This document shows, piece after piece, positions 28,530-38,458 of a stretch of DNA of 64,000 nt. The number at the start of each line of letters is the position of its first letter. Within the stretch, counting starts at the first letter, position 1. Both the position numbers and the translations under genes were made by a program. A model generated the notes under the pieces. That model did no database searches, had not been told where the DNA came from, and saw only the letters and a program-made list of their open reading frames with translations. This DNA comes from Candidatus Bathyarchaeota archaeon (GTDB lineage Archaea; Thermoproteota; Bathyarchaeia; Bathyarchaeales; Bathycorpusculaceae): the NCBI GenBank assembly GCA_963815095.1, contig CAWFFH010000003.1, positions 32,001-96,000 of the forward strand, read 5' to 3'.

Positions 28530-28684
28530 TAGACTACTCTTCTCTTTTAATTACCAAGTAATGGTTGACAATCTTTCCATGGTCTATCAAATTAAGAAGT
28601 CAACTTGGGCGCTTAGGCTAAAAGGAAATTTAAGGCGTGTGCTAAAGGTAAATAAAAGCACAAAAAATTAAAAATGTTTAAAAT

Positions 28685-28993
28685 TTAGATTAGTTCGATT
28701 GTGACGTGGACTTCTTCTGGAACCCGTATACGCATTATTCTACGCATGACGCGTTCTTCAGAGTCAATATCGATTAAACGTTTGTGGATACGCATTTCCC
28801 AACGGTCCCATGTGGCTGTGCCTTCGCCTGATGGACCCTTAAGAACTGGAACGCGTAAACGTTTTGTTGGCAGTGGTACTGGACCATTCATTTTCACGCC
28901 TGTTTTTGACGCGATGCTTTTTAGTTCTCCACATACCTCTTCTAATTTACTGTAATCAGTACTTGTAAGGCGTATTCGTGCTTTTCTGACCAT
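28685..28993 (-). CDS. rps10: 30S ribosomal protein S10 (uS10)
   Basis: [38 protein letters not shown]. Confidence 0.97.
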   Translation of the reverse strand: MVRKARIRLTSTDYSKLEEVCGELKSIASKTGVKMNGPVPLPTKRLRVPVLKGPSGEGTATWDRWEMRIHKRLIDIDSEERVMRRIMRIRVPEEVHVTIELI

Positions 28994-29142
28994 ACTTTGA
29001 TGTCAAATCCCGTTATGTTGCAAACCATAGACACAATAGCCAAACATAAAAACCTATCGACCAACAAAAAGAAAGGTTAAAGCCAAAACCAAACGGTGAT
29101 GCAGCCAAAACAGGGCTCTAAAATAGCACTTATCTTTTTTTA

Positions 29143-30074
29143 TCACTTGTTAGTGTACGACCGCTGTGATCTAAGAATCTGTTCTATTTGCTCGACTTCC
29201 GCTTGGCTTTCGCTGTTCAAAGGAGTCAACCGTATTTCATCAGGCGACTTAACCCCAAAACCCAGTTCAACCGCCCTTTTGATTTGATCTTGTGCAAAAA
29301 CGTCGGCTTCCCCCACTTTGCCTTTGGCGCCGTACATTTTCAGGATAGCAACGCCAACCGCATCAATTGCAACGCGGTCTTGGCCTGCAAGCAAAAGATT
29401 GGGCTCAACCACCTTGCCCTTATCAGGACCACCCGTAACGAACGCTTTTATCCCATCCATCAAGACAAAGTCGAGGTTGTAGCGGCTGTTAATTTCAGCA
29501 ATCATCTGCCGCTGAAACGGCGAACCATGCAACTCCCACATATAATCGTACATACCATCAGGAACCTTCTTGGCAACTAAACCCACCGAATTCTTGAGCG
29601 ACAAAGTGAAGTGTCCGCCGAACCGATGGGTTTTGAGGCAACAGGTTTGCACGATTTTGTCGGCATCGTGGAAAACTTTAGGCATGTAGAAACCTCTTAT
29701 CCAGTGCGTGTCGTCGCGCTCAAACTTTACCCAGCCGTCTTTGCCGACTTCATCTAAAACTACTTCTTTAAACCCAGCTCACGTGATAGGGCTAAGACAC
29801 CCATTTTTTCGAGCACTTCTGCAGTTTCACCCATACCGCTCCGTTCAGCCAACGTTACCTCTCCAGCACCTGCACCTGTTAGGGTTTCCACTAAAGCTCG
29901 AAGAGTATCAAGATGGGTCGAGGCAGGGAACGGGTCAGCACTGTTAAAATTAGCTTTAAGTGCGACCTGCTTCCCAGAAAAACCAGCTAAATCAAACTTT
30001 TTTAGCAGCGCAGGAACGCCTGTTACCCTGTCGGTTGTTTTAAGAACAAAAACTTCGCCCAAAGAACCAACCAT
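29143..30074 (-). pseudogene. DUF362-family Fe-S protein split by a -1 frameshift at about 29770 (pseudogene, recoding or assembly indel)
   Basis: N-half VALKANFNS..P.PASTH..AERSG and C-half LKTHRFGG..TLSLKNSVG, DRVAIDAVG join in the -1 frame as ELGFKEVVLDEVGKDGW. Confidence 0.8.
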
Positions 30075-30195
30075 AAAAACTCGCCACAAAAACTATAGCG
30101 ATGCTTTCTATTTAGTCTTCACTGCATCAGGCTGCCGCAACAAAACCGCAAGCTCTATATTACACAATGAAACCCTTTTCAAAAGCGAAAAGTGC

Positions 30196-30273
30196 GGGTC
30201 CGTAGCTCAGTCAGGCTAGAGCATCGGACTCTTAATCCGAGGGTCGCGGGTTCAATTCCCGTCGGACCCGCCA
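30196..30273 (+). tRNA. tRNA-Lys(CTT), intronless, CCA encoded
   Basis: Acceptor stem GGGTCCG/CGGACCC; anticodon arm TCGGA-CTCTTAA-TCCGA; T arm GCGGG-TTCAATT-CCCGT. Confidence 0.96.
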
Positions 30274-30283
30274 ATGGTCTCCT

Positions 30284-31014
30284 TCATTTCCACTTTGTGA
30301 GTATTTCTTCTCTTTTGAAAGTTGATCGGCTTAAGAAGAATAATATTACATCAGCGATCAAAACAATACATGATAAAATCAGAAGGTTACTGATATTGAA
30401 AGGAAAAATTCTTCTGCTCCTGCAAATAAGACAGCAACGAACGGAATAAACATAAGGCCAACTATCTGGTTTGCACCTCGAACGTCGCTTACTCGCGATG
30501 ATGCCATCACAGCTACTTCAATGCTAAGAATAGCCGCAAGAGGCGCGAGGAGTAACAACATAACGCCAGCGTTCCAATTGGGAAAATAATAGTAGCCTAA
30601 CCCGCCATTGTACAAAAAGTAGTCCGCTGCCGCCATGAAGATTGATGCTCCAAGCCACGTAGATAGAATAGGCGGTATGAACGATGCGAAGCTTTTTCCA
30701 AGCAGAATCTCGCCATCAGTCGTCGGAGTCGCAAGCAACGGCTCCAACGTCTTTTCAACTTTTTCGCCCACTATACTGTATGCTGCAATCGTACTGGGAA
30801 GAACAGTTGCTAAAACTACAAAGATGTAAATGATTGTTTGGGCGCCTAATGATATTGTCGTGGGGATTCCATACGCTATTTGGTCTCTTAAGACAATTGA
30901 GAAAACGATTGCGATCAGAAGGGGAAGCCCAACAGTATAGAAGATGATGCTTCTCTTTCTGCTGATTACCTTGAGCTCTTTACGCGCTATCTTCCACGGC
31001 ATCCAAGTAGTCAT
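30284..31014 (-). pseudogene. ABC-2 type permease with a -1 frameshift near 30410
   Basis: GEKVEKTLEPLLATP motif; a last TM helix and the tail STFKREEILTKWK* lie in the -1 frame. Confidence 0.75.
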
Positions 31015-31934
31015 TGCGTGTTCTCCTTCACTAATTTCAGGTAAGCGTCTTCTAGCGAGCTGCTAGTGACTGTCACTGTTTCTATGCGTCCTCCTTCTGC
31101 AACGATTGCGCTTATCATCTCAGGATTCTCCTCTTCGGGATTCTCGACATCAACCGTCAGCTGGTTGCCCTCTATGGTCATGTTCTTGACCTGTAGCTTC
31201 TTCAGCGAATCAAGAATCGCCTCATTCACCTGTCTCAACTGAATCACTGTTTTCCTTCCGTGGATAGATCGTTCGAGTTCTTGAGGAGTACCCACCGCCA
31301 TGAGCTTGGTATTCAAGATGCCAATCCTATCGCAGACCCTCTGCGCCTCATACAGGTTGTGGGTATTTAGAAAAATAGTCTTCTTCTCTTTCTTCAGTTC
31401 GAGGATGAATTCTCTTACTGTCTTTGCGGATTCCGGATCTAGATTTGCCGTCGGTTCGTCCATGAAAATTATCTCTGGGTTATGAATTAAGGCACGAGCT
31501 ATCGCGAGTTTCTGTTTCATCCCTTTCGAGAACGCCCCCGATAGAACATTTCTCTTTTCCCAAAGACCAAGCAACTTTAGGAAATATTCGATGCTCTCTT
31601 TCTTTTGAGAGTCACTCAGCCTGTACAGCGTTCCGTAGTATTCTAAATTCTCGTAGGCGGTTAGGGACTCGTAAAGACCCACATTGTCCGGGACGAGCCC
31701 GATTATCTTCCTAATCCTCAGAGCATCCTCTGGTTGGCCGATTTCATAGTTACCAATTCGAGCGGTGCCGCTTGTCTTAGATATCAGGCAACAGAGCATT
31801 CTAACAGTGGTGGTTTTTCCTGCTCCGTTAGGCCCAAGAAAACCAAAAATTTCTCCCTGATTTACTTTGAAAGTTAAATTGTCAACCGCAGTCAGCTCTC
31901 TGAACTTCCGTGTTAGGTTCTCAGTCTCAATCAT
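31011..31934 (-). CDS. ABC exporter ATP-binding protein
   Basis: GPNGAGKTT, FSKGMKQK, MDEPT, SLEDAYL. Confidence 0.92.
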   Translation of the reverse strand: MIETENLTRKFRELTAVDNLTFKVNQGEIFGFLGPNGAGKTTTVRMLCCLISKTSGTARIGNYEIGQPEDALRIRKIIGLVPDNVGLYESLTAYENLEYYGTLYRLSDSQKKESIEYFLKLLGLWEKRNVLSGAFSKGMKQKLAIARALIHNPEIIFMDEPTANLDPESAKTVREFILELKKEKKTIFLNTHNLYEAQRVCDRIGILNTKLMAVGTPQELERSIHGRKTVIQLRQVNEAILDSLKKLQVKNMTIEGNQLTVDVENPEEENPEMISAIVAEGGRIETVTVTSSSLEDAYLKLVKENTQ

Positions 31935-32064
31935 TTAAGCCGCTACCAATCAGCTTCGTTCTCAATAGATAAGCACAAGGGAACGTATATAGTAAGCCAT
32001 GGCAACCCCAACTACAACGGTACAACCACAATACGTCTGGATTGGTTGATCTGGACTAAATCAA

Positions 32065-32381
32065 TTGAAAGAAGAACGACAGTTGCTGAAATTAGTTTGT
32101 TATTCTTCTAACTAATTAAGAGAAGAAGAAGATTGGAAATTTTGCTCTTCTTCTACTCGCTCAATGGCTGCTTCCACTGATAGGCAGAACAACAACTGAT
32201 GGTAGTGCAGTGTTGTTGTTCTTCCATTCAAGTTGAAAGAAGAAAAAATCATTCAAAAAATTGTCAATTTTTTCTTCTTCTAATCGATAATTGTCGTCGA
32301 AACAAAAACTGAGGCAACAGAGTTTATCTGAAAGAAGAAGGACAACACTTCCTGTAGGAACAGCGTCCTTCTTCTTCTAAC
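32065..32381. repeat. Array of five imperfect palindromes (42-54 bp) with GAAGAA/TTCTTC-type arms
   Basis: Units at about 32065-32112, 32118-32159, 32183-32225, 32232-32285 and 32329-32381; consensus TGAAAGAAGAA...TTCTTCTAA. Confidence 0.85.
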
Positions 32382-32410
32382 AAAAAAGAAAGGAAATGAA
32401 TGCAGGATTT

Positions 32411-33346
32411 CTAAAGTCTGCGGGGTTTCTGGAATGGTTGACTTTTTGGTTGGTCAGGGTTCGGTTTGGTTTCTGCTGTTAAGAGTTGTTTTAGTCGTAA
32501 GGATAGTACGTCGCGGTCATTGGGCTGCTGTTGAGTCCATTGTTCACGATATTCTCGGAATTCTTGTCCCGTGATTTTACCTTTTGTTTGCAGCTCGCTG
32601 AGTAACTTTACGAAAGCTCTTAGTTCCAGCTGTTCATTGGTTACTATGTTTATGGTTTTTCCTTCTCCTGAGGGGTTAGTTGTGGGTTTTTCGCTGTCTG
32701 GCGGGGGATAAGTGTTAAACAAGAAAACCGCAAAGTACAAAGCATCCCAGCCGCGGGTCAATGATAAACTGTTTTTAGCGTTTAGCAATTCAGCATTGTA
32801 GTTTTCGTATTCTTGTCCGAGCGAAGAATACTTCGTTTGCCCGCTTGGCACATCAACAACCCGGTTAACGAAATGACGCAAATGTTGATTATTAAAAATA
32901 GGCAGTACTTTGCCACCTTCGTAGTTGAAGCAAAATATGATTTCTTTAGCAAGCTGTTTGTCTTGACCTAACCCGCCAATTCTTTCCCATGGGGCGTCGA
33001 TTTTTTGGGCGAGGGACTTTCGGCTATCCACTGCCGCGCGGAGCAGGTTTTTGAATTCTCCGATTTGTAGGCGGGCGTTGCGGTAAACGTTGGAGCTGTT
33101 TAGGGTTGAGCGGCCAAGGGGTTTGAGGGAGCTTTCTAGGAGGCGGAAGAATTCGCCGACTTCATCAGGGTTTATCTTGAAGAGTTTGTCGGCATCCAAG
33201 TATTCTATTGACCGGAGATTTTCGGTGAAAGGATACTTTTGCCTGAACTCTTTGAGTAATGCAAGCGCTCTATCGACTTCTGTGCGGGTTACTTTGACTT
33301 TGTCGTATGCGGTTGCTTTTTCAAGCATAGTGTTGCTTCGTGACAT
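32411..33346 (-). CDS. Hypothetical protein with an HhH-like core and a C-terminal SHOCT-like segment
   Basis: IGGLGQDKQLAKEIIFCF...VLPIFNNQHLRHF; LSELQTKGKITGQEF; domain calls tentative. Confidence 0.6.
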   Translation of the reverse strand: MSRSNTMLEKATAYDKVKVTRTEVDRALALLKEFRQKYPFTENLRSIEYLDADKLFKINPDEVGEFFRLLESSLKPLGRSTLNSSNVYRNARLQIGEFKNLLRAAVDSRKSLAQKIDAPWERIGGLGQDKQLAKEIIFCFNYEGGKVLPIFNNQHLRHFVNRVVDVPSGQTKYSSLGQEYENYNAELLNAKNSLSLTRGWDALYFAVFLFNTYPPPDSEKPTTNPSGEGKTINIVTNEQLELRAFVKLLSELQTKGKITGQEFREYREQWTQQQPNDRDVLSLRLKQLLTAETKPNPDQPKSQPFQKPRRL

Positions 33347-33468
33347 TTTCTATCAACCAGAGGTTAAGATACAATAGAAATGCAGGGATAACGGTTAAAC
33401 TTTACCGCGTCAGAACCGACTGAAAAAAGATATTAGTCTTTGCGATTGTTGATTTCACGGTTAACGGC

Positions 33469-33879
33469 ATGAAAAAGCAAGTGTTCATTTCAGGTCCCAT
33501 CATTGGCATGGAGAAAGAGCAGGATTATCGCAAAACCATAACTGACATCTGCACCAATGCGGGTTTTGATGTGATTGACCCTTGGAAAAGGGAACGCGTC
33601 ATCTACAACGGAACTGAGGAGTGCTGGTGGGATAAGGTGCCAGTCTTTGATTTTGTCCAAAGAGACCTCGATGACGCCGATCGATGCGACATCATGGTCG
33701 TTTACTTGCCCATACTTTCAGCTGGCGCCTGCATGGAAATGTTCTACGCCAAACGCAAAGGCAAAAAAGTAATAGTTGTATCGGAAGTAAAGTGTCTGAG
33801 CCCATGGATAGTTTTCCACTCAGATGCAATAATAAAAAGCTTCAGCCAACTTGAGGAAGCGCTAAAAGTGTTCATTTAG
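33469..33879 (+). CDS. Nucleoside 2-deoxyribosyltransferase / nucleotide N-hydrolase-like protein
   Basis: VFISGPI, DP, RDL.D.D.CD, SAGACMEMFYA. Confidence 0.8.
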   Translation: MKKQVFISGPIIGMEKEQDYRKTITDICTNAGFDVIDPWKRERVIYNGTEECWWDKVPVFDFVQRDLDDADRCDIMVVYLPILSAGACMEMFYAKRKGKKVIVVSEVKCLSPWIVFHSDAIIKSFSQLEEALKVFI

Positions 33880-35485
33880 GCTTGGGATGTTTGAATTCTT
33901 CTCGGATTGACATCTGACGTCGCTTTCGGTTGTATCCCAGCGAAAAATCGTGGGCGGCATCGCGGATTTTTCGGAGGAGAAGCATCATGCGGTTGTTTTT
34001 GTCAAAGGTTCTAGGTGCAGATTCATCCGGCAGATAGATTTCTTCATGCTCTTTAGCTAAGCCAATTAGAGGAAGCTGTAACCCCAATGTTTGCAAAGCA
34101 TGTTTTGCAGCATTAACTTGTCCTGGTCCACCGTCAATGACTACGAGGTCGGGCAATTGGTTTTTCTCTTCGATTTGGCGCGTGTATCTTCTGGCAACGA
34201 CCTCATTGACAGAAGCAAAATCGTCTTGTCCTCTGAAAGTTTTGATTTTGAATTTGCGGTAGTTTTTCTTGTCGGGTTTTGCGTCCTTGAAACTGACCAT
34301 ACCTGAGACAACGTGTTCGGTACCCAAGTTTGATATGTCAAAGCACTCGATGATGTGAGGCAGCACTGGGAGGTTAAGGTTATTTTGCAAATCAACCAGT
34401 GCATTGTCAACTTCTAAGCCTGATTCCAGGTTTTTCTCAGCCAATTGAACGAGCCCCAACTTATTGGCGCGCCTGGGAATCGTCAATGAAACCGGCGCAG
34501 CCCTCTTTGTTGAGAGAAACTCTTCTAAAGCCTTTTTCTCTTCAAAGCCTTGCCAGCAGGGCTTGTTTAGCAAGATTTCCCGAGGAATCGGGTTTGTTGT
34601 GTAATAGGCCTTTAAGAATTCCTGTTCAATTTGGGGCTGCAAGTCCACTCTGAATTCTTTCTTGCCCAAAAGTACGCCTTTTCTCATGCCCATCTGAACC
34701 GCTAGCATCTTCTCGCCGACCTGCCGAAACACCAGCACATCTTGGTCAAAGCGACGCTCTTTATCGACGATTTGGTGCTCTGTTACGAGTCGTATTGATT
34801 GGATTTGGTTGCGGAGTTCAAGCGCATTCTCATACTGTAGTGCTTCAGAGGCGCTTTGCATTTGGGTTTTAAGTTGCTCAATGGTTTGTTGGTAGTTTCC
34901 GTTTAGGAAGCTGCGTGCATGTCGTACTTGGTCGGCGTATTGTTCGGGTGTGGCTTTGCCGATGCAAGGGGCAGTGCAGAGGTGGATGTGGTAGTTTAGG
35001 CAAGCACGTTTGGGCATTGTTTTGCAGGTGCGCAGTTTAAACACCCTTACGACCAAACGTTGAAGGTCTTGGCGTGTGAAGCCATCTGTGTAGGGACCAA
35101 ACGATTCCAGTTTCCGCGAAACCTTTCGGCTAGTTAGAATCCTCGGAAAAGCTTCCCTTGTAAATGAGATGTAAGCGAAGGTTTTGGCGTCTTTGAGGTT
35201 AACGTTGTACTTGGGAGTGTGCTGTTTGATAAGTTTGTTCTCTAAAAGCAACGCTTCAACTTCGGTGTTGACGATAACCCAGTCTATTTGGCGAATATGT
35301 AGCACTAACTGCCGCGTCTTAGCTGGATGATCCTTGCTGGAAAAGTAGCTTTTGACCCTTGAGCGGAGGCTTTTGGCTTTGCCCACATAAATGATTTCGC
35401 TTTGCTCGTCGCGGTAGAGGTAGACGCCAGGGTCAGTTGGGATATCGCTACTTTTGAAGTCTGAGGGCGAAGCTATTTGAATCAT
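33872..35485 (-). CDS. uvrC: Excinuclease ABC subunit C
   Basis: GIY-YIG (PGVYLY..IYVGKAKSLRSRVKSYF), ECFDIS, IDGGPGQ, RDAAH. Confidence 0.96.
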   Translation of the reverse strand: MIQIASPSDFKSSDIPTDPGVYLYRDEQSEIIYVGKAKSLRSRVKSYFSSKDHPAKTRQLVLHIRQIDWVIVNTEVEALLLENKLIKQHTPKYNVNLKDAKTFAYISFTREAFPRILTSRKVSRKLESFGPYTDGFTRQDLQRLVVRVFKLRTCKTMPKRACLNYHIHLCTAPCIGKATPEQYADQVRHARSFLNGNYQQTIEQLKTQMQSASEALQYENALELRNQIQSIRLVTEHQIVDKERRFDQDVLVFRQVGEKMLAVQMGMRKGVLLGKKEFRVDLQPQIEQEFLKAYYTTNPIPREILLNKPCWQGFEEKKALEEFLSTKRAAPVSLTIPRRANKLGLVQLAEKNLESGLEVDNALVDLQNNLNLPVLPHIIECFDISNLGTEHVVSGMVSFKDAKPDKKNYRKFKIKTFRGQDDFASVNEVVARRYTRQIEEKNQLPDLVVIDGGPGQVNAAKHALQTLGLQLPLIGLAKEHEEIYLPDESAPRTFDKNNRMMLLLRKIRDAAHDFSLGYNRKRRQMSIREEFKHPKPK

Positions 35486-38385
35486 GCAGACTGTTTCACG
35501 GCTAAAACATGTTCTTCAGGCTTAGGGTTAAGTATTTTTTGTAAAAACAGTCCTGTGTAAGAGTTGCTGTTTTTTGAGACTTCTTCAGGTGTGCCCTTTG
35601 CAAGCAGTTCGCCGCCTGCAGCGCCACCTTCGGGACCCAAATCAATGAGGTAATCGCAGCTTTTAATGACGTCGAGGTTGTGTTCGATGATGTAAACGGT
35701 GTTGCCGTTGTCTACTAGTCGATTAAGGACTTTTATGAGGCGTTTAGTATCGTCGAAATGCAGTCCTGTGGTTGGTTCGTCAAGCATGTAAACGGTGTGT
35801 CCTGTTTTGTGTTTGCTGAGTTCGCGGGTAATTTTGATGCGTTGGCTCTCTCCGCCTGACAATGTGGTTGAGCTCTGCCCCATCTTGATGTATCCAAGTC
35901 CCACATCCAGCAGCGTTTCGAGTTTGCGGGAAACACGCGGCGTATTCTCAAAGAACTTGGCTGCTTCCTCAACCGTCATATCCAACACTTCAGCGATGTT
36001 CTTGCCCTTGTAGACTACGCTCAAAGTTTCTTTGTTGTAGCGTTTGCCTTTGCATTCGCTGCACTGAACGTAAACATCAGGAAGGAAGTTCATTTCGATT
36101 CGCAGTACACCGTCACCCTGGCATGTTTCACATCTGCCGCCTTTCACGTTGAAGCTGAATCGGCCTTCTTTGTAGCCGCGTGATTTGGCTTCTTTGGTTG
36201 AAGCGAAAATCCGCCTGATTTCGTCAAAGAGTTTGGTGTAGGTTGCGGGGTTACTTCTTGGGGTTCTCCCGATAGGGTCTTGGTCGATGACTATAACGTT
36301 GCGCACCACGCTTGGGACATCAAGCGATTCATGCTTTCCTATTTTATCCACTTGCTCACCAAACATTTTCCTCAATTCAGGAATAACCGTCAAATTCATC
36401 AATGTACTCTTGCCCGAGCCAGAAACGCCTGTGACACCGCATAACACGCCTAGCGGCAACTGTAAGCTGAGGTTTTTGAGGTTGTTTTCTTTGGCGCCCT
36501 TAACAGTCATGAAGCCGACGGGTTGTCGCCTTGTTTCTGAAACATCGATTTTGAGTTCGCCTGATAGGTATTTGCCTGTGAGGCTTCGGGGGTTTTTCAT
36601 TACTTCTTGCGGAGAGCCTTCTGCAACGATGTGTCCGCCGTGGATGCCTGCGCCAGGTCCCATGTCAACGATGTAGTCGGCGTGGCGCATGGTTTCTTCG
36701 TCGTGTTCAACCACGATTAATGTGTTGCCTAAATCTCGAAGGCGCTGTAAGGTAGCGATTAGTTTGGCGTTGTCCCTCTGATGCAAGCCTATGCTGGGTT
36801 CATCAAGGATATATAGGACGCCCATGAGGTTGCTGCCGATTTGAGTGGCTAAGCGGATACGCTGTGCTTCTCCTCCTGATAGCGTCTTGGCAGCGCGAGA
36901 CAACGAAAGATAACCTAAACCAACGTTCTTAAGAAAACCCAATCGTTCGTTAACTTCTTTTAGCACCTGTTTGGCAATAAAAAGTTCCTTTTCGTTCAAC
37001 TTGGGCGGCAAGTCATGGAAGAAATCCACAGATTCATCGATGGAAAGGTCTGTCACATCAATTATGCTTTTGTCAAGAATTTTCACAGCAAGCACGACGG
37101 GTTGAAGTTTTTTGCCCTTACATGTGGCACAAGGACGAGAAGTCATGTATTTTTCGATGTCTTCTTTGCGCCAATCACTTTCTGTTTGCCGATACAACCG
37201 CATGGTCTGGGGGATTACGCCTTCCCAACCGTCACGCATCCACATGCTGGCGCCGTTTGACCAGTTGCCATTGATTGGTTCTTTATCTCCGTATAGAAGA
37301 ACCTGAAGTTGCTGTTCAGTAAAGTCTTTGATTGGCGTAAAGACGTCAAAGCCGTATTTTTTGCCTACCGTGGCTATTTGTTGTGCTCGCCAACTAAGCT
37401 CCATTGTGCCCTTGTAAACTGCTAAGGCGCCGTCCATGATGGAGAGGCTTGTGTCGGGGATCACTTTGTCTGCGGTTACCTCAGTGATCTCTCCTAGGCC
37501 GTGGCATGTTGGGCATGCGCCAAACGGAGAGTTAAAGCTGAACATCCGCGGCTCGAGGCTTTCAAAGACGATTTCAGGGTGGTTTGGACATGCGCCAAAC
37601 GTGCTGTACATTGTTTCGTCTGCGAATCGTTCAAGCTCCTTTTTCTTTTCGCCTTCAGCTTTTTTAGCGTCGATTATTATCATTGTTCCTTTGCCGACTT
37701 GAAGCGCCTGCTCAACAGCTTCTGAGATGCGTGAGCGCTCTGCATCCTCTATTGTTACGGTATCGATGACTGCTTCAATCCAGTGTTTCTCGTACCGAAC
37801 TAGCTTAACTTCTTCTTTGATGGAGTCGGACTCGTAGATTTTTTGGTCGGCGCGGATTTTGGTGTAGCCTTGTTTTTTGAGGTCTTCGAAGACTTGTTCG
37901 TGTGTGCCTTTTATGCCGCGGATTACGGGCGATAGGAAAGTGAGGGTTTTTGTTTTTTCAGCCATAACGAGGCTGGTGATGTTTTCGGCGCTCTGCGGGT
38001 GGATGCTGCTGCCGCATTTGGGGCAGTGGTGAACGCCTATTCTTGCGAACAATAGCCTGAGGTAATCGTAGATTTCAGTTACTGTTCCGACTGTTGACCG
38101 GGGGTTCTTGCTTGTGCTTTTCTGCTCAATCGAGATTGCTGGCGATAGTCCTTCGATGGAGTCTACATCGGGTTTATCCATGAGTCCCAGAAATTGCCGC
38201 GCATAAGCGCTTAAGCTCTCTACATAGCGCCTTTGTCCTTCCGCGTAAATCGTGTCGAAAGCCAACGTGGATTTTCCTGAGCCTGAAAGCCCAGTTATAA
38301 CTATGAACTTGTTTCGGGGCAACTCTAAATCGATGTTCTTTAGGTTGTGTTCCCGTGCACCTTTAACGGAAATGTTATCTCTCAT
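35482..38385 (-). CDS. uvrA: Excinuclease ABC subunit A
   Basis: GAREHNLKN, two Walker A motifs (GxSGSGKS), two LSGGE motifs, zinc fingers. Confidence 0.98.
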   Translation of the reverse strand: MRDNISVKGAREHNLKNIDLELPRNKFIVITGLSGSGKSTLAFDTIYAEGQRRYVESLSAYARQFLGLMDKPDVDSIEGLSPAISIEQKSTSKNPRSTVGTVTEIYDYLRLLFARIGVHHCPKCGSSIHPQSAENITSLVMAEKTKTLTFLSPVIRGIKGTHEQVFEDLKKQGYTKIRADQKIYESDSIKEEVKLVRYEKHWIEAVIDTVTIEDAERSRISEAVEQALQVGKGTMIIIDAKKAEGEKKKELERFADETMYSTFGACPNHPEIVFESLEPRMFSFNSPFGACPTCHGLGEITEVTADKVIPDTSLSIMDGALAVYKGTMELSWRAQQIATVGKKYGFDVFTPIKDFTEQQLQVLLYGDKEPINGNWSNGASMWMRDGWEGVIPQTMRLYRQTESDWRKEDIEKYMTSRPCATCKGKKLQPVVLAVKILDKSIIDVTDLSIDESVDFFHDLPPKLNEKELFIAKQVLKEVNERLGFLKNVGLGYLSLSRAAKTLSGGEAQRIRLATQIGSNLMGVLYILDEPSIGLHQRDNAKLIATLQRLRDLGNTLIVVEHDEETMRHADYIVDMGPGAGIHGGHIVAEGSPQEVMKNPRSLTGKYLSGELKIDVSETRRQPVGFMTVKGAKENNLKNLSLQLPLGVLCGVTGVSGSGKSTLMNLTVIPELRKMFGEQVDKIGKHESLDVPSVVRNVIVIDQDPIGRTPRSNPATYTKLFDEIRRIFASTKEAKSRGYKEGRFSFNVKGGRCETCQGDGVLRIEMNFLPDVYVQCSECKGKRYNKETLSVVYKGKNIAEVLDMTVEEAAKFFENTPRVSRKLETLLDVGLGYIKMGQSSTTLSGGESQRIKITRELSKHKTGHTVYMLDEPTTGLHFDDTKRLIKVLNRLVDNGNTVYIIEHNLDVIKSCDYLIDLGPEGGAAGGELLAKGTPEEVSKNSNSYTGLFLQKILNPKPEEHVLAVKQSA

Positions 38386-38458
38386 AACTTAAACCAAATT
38401 CCTTCTAATTATTTTGTAGTGTTTGACTGGGGGATTAGAACCTTTTTGCGTTAAATCC

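Noticed and set aside
30192-30449. 85-aa plus-strand ORF
   Set aside because: Overlaps tRNA-Lys and is antisense to the permease tail.
32065-32381. CRISPR array or classical integron attC array
   Set aside because: Units are not identical direct repeats with regular spacers, no cas or intI gene is present, and the core orientation is opposite to attC with no cassette ORFs between units.
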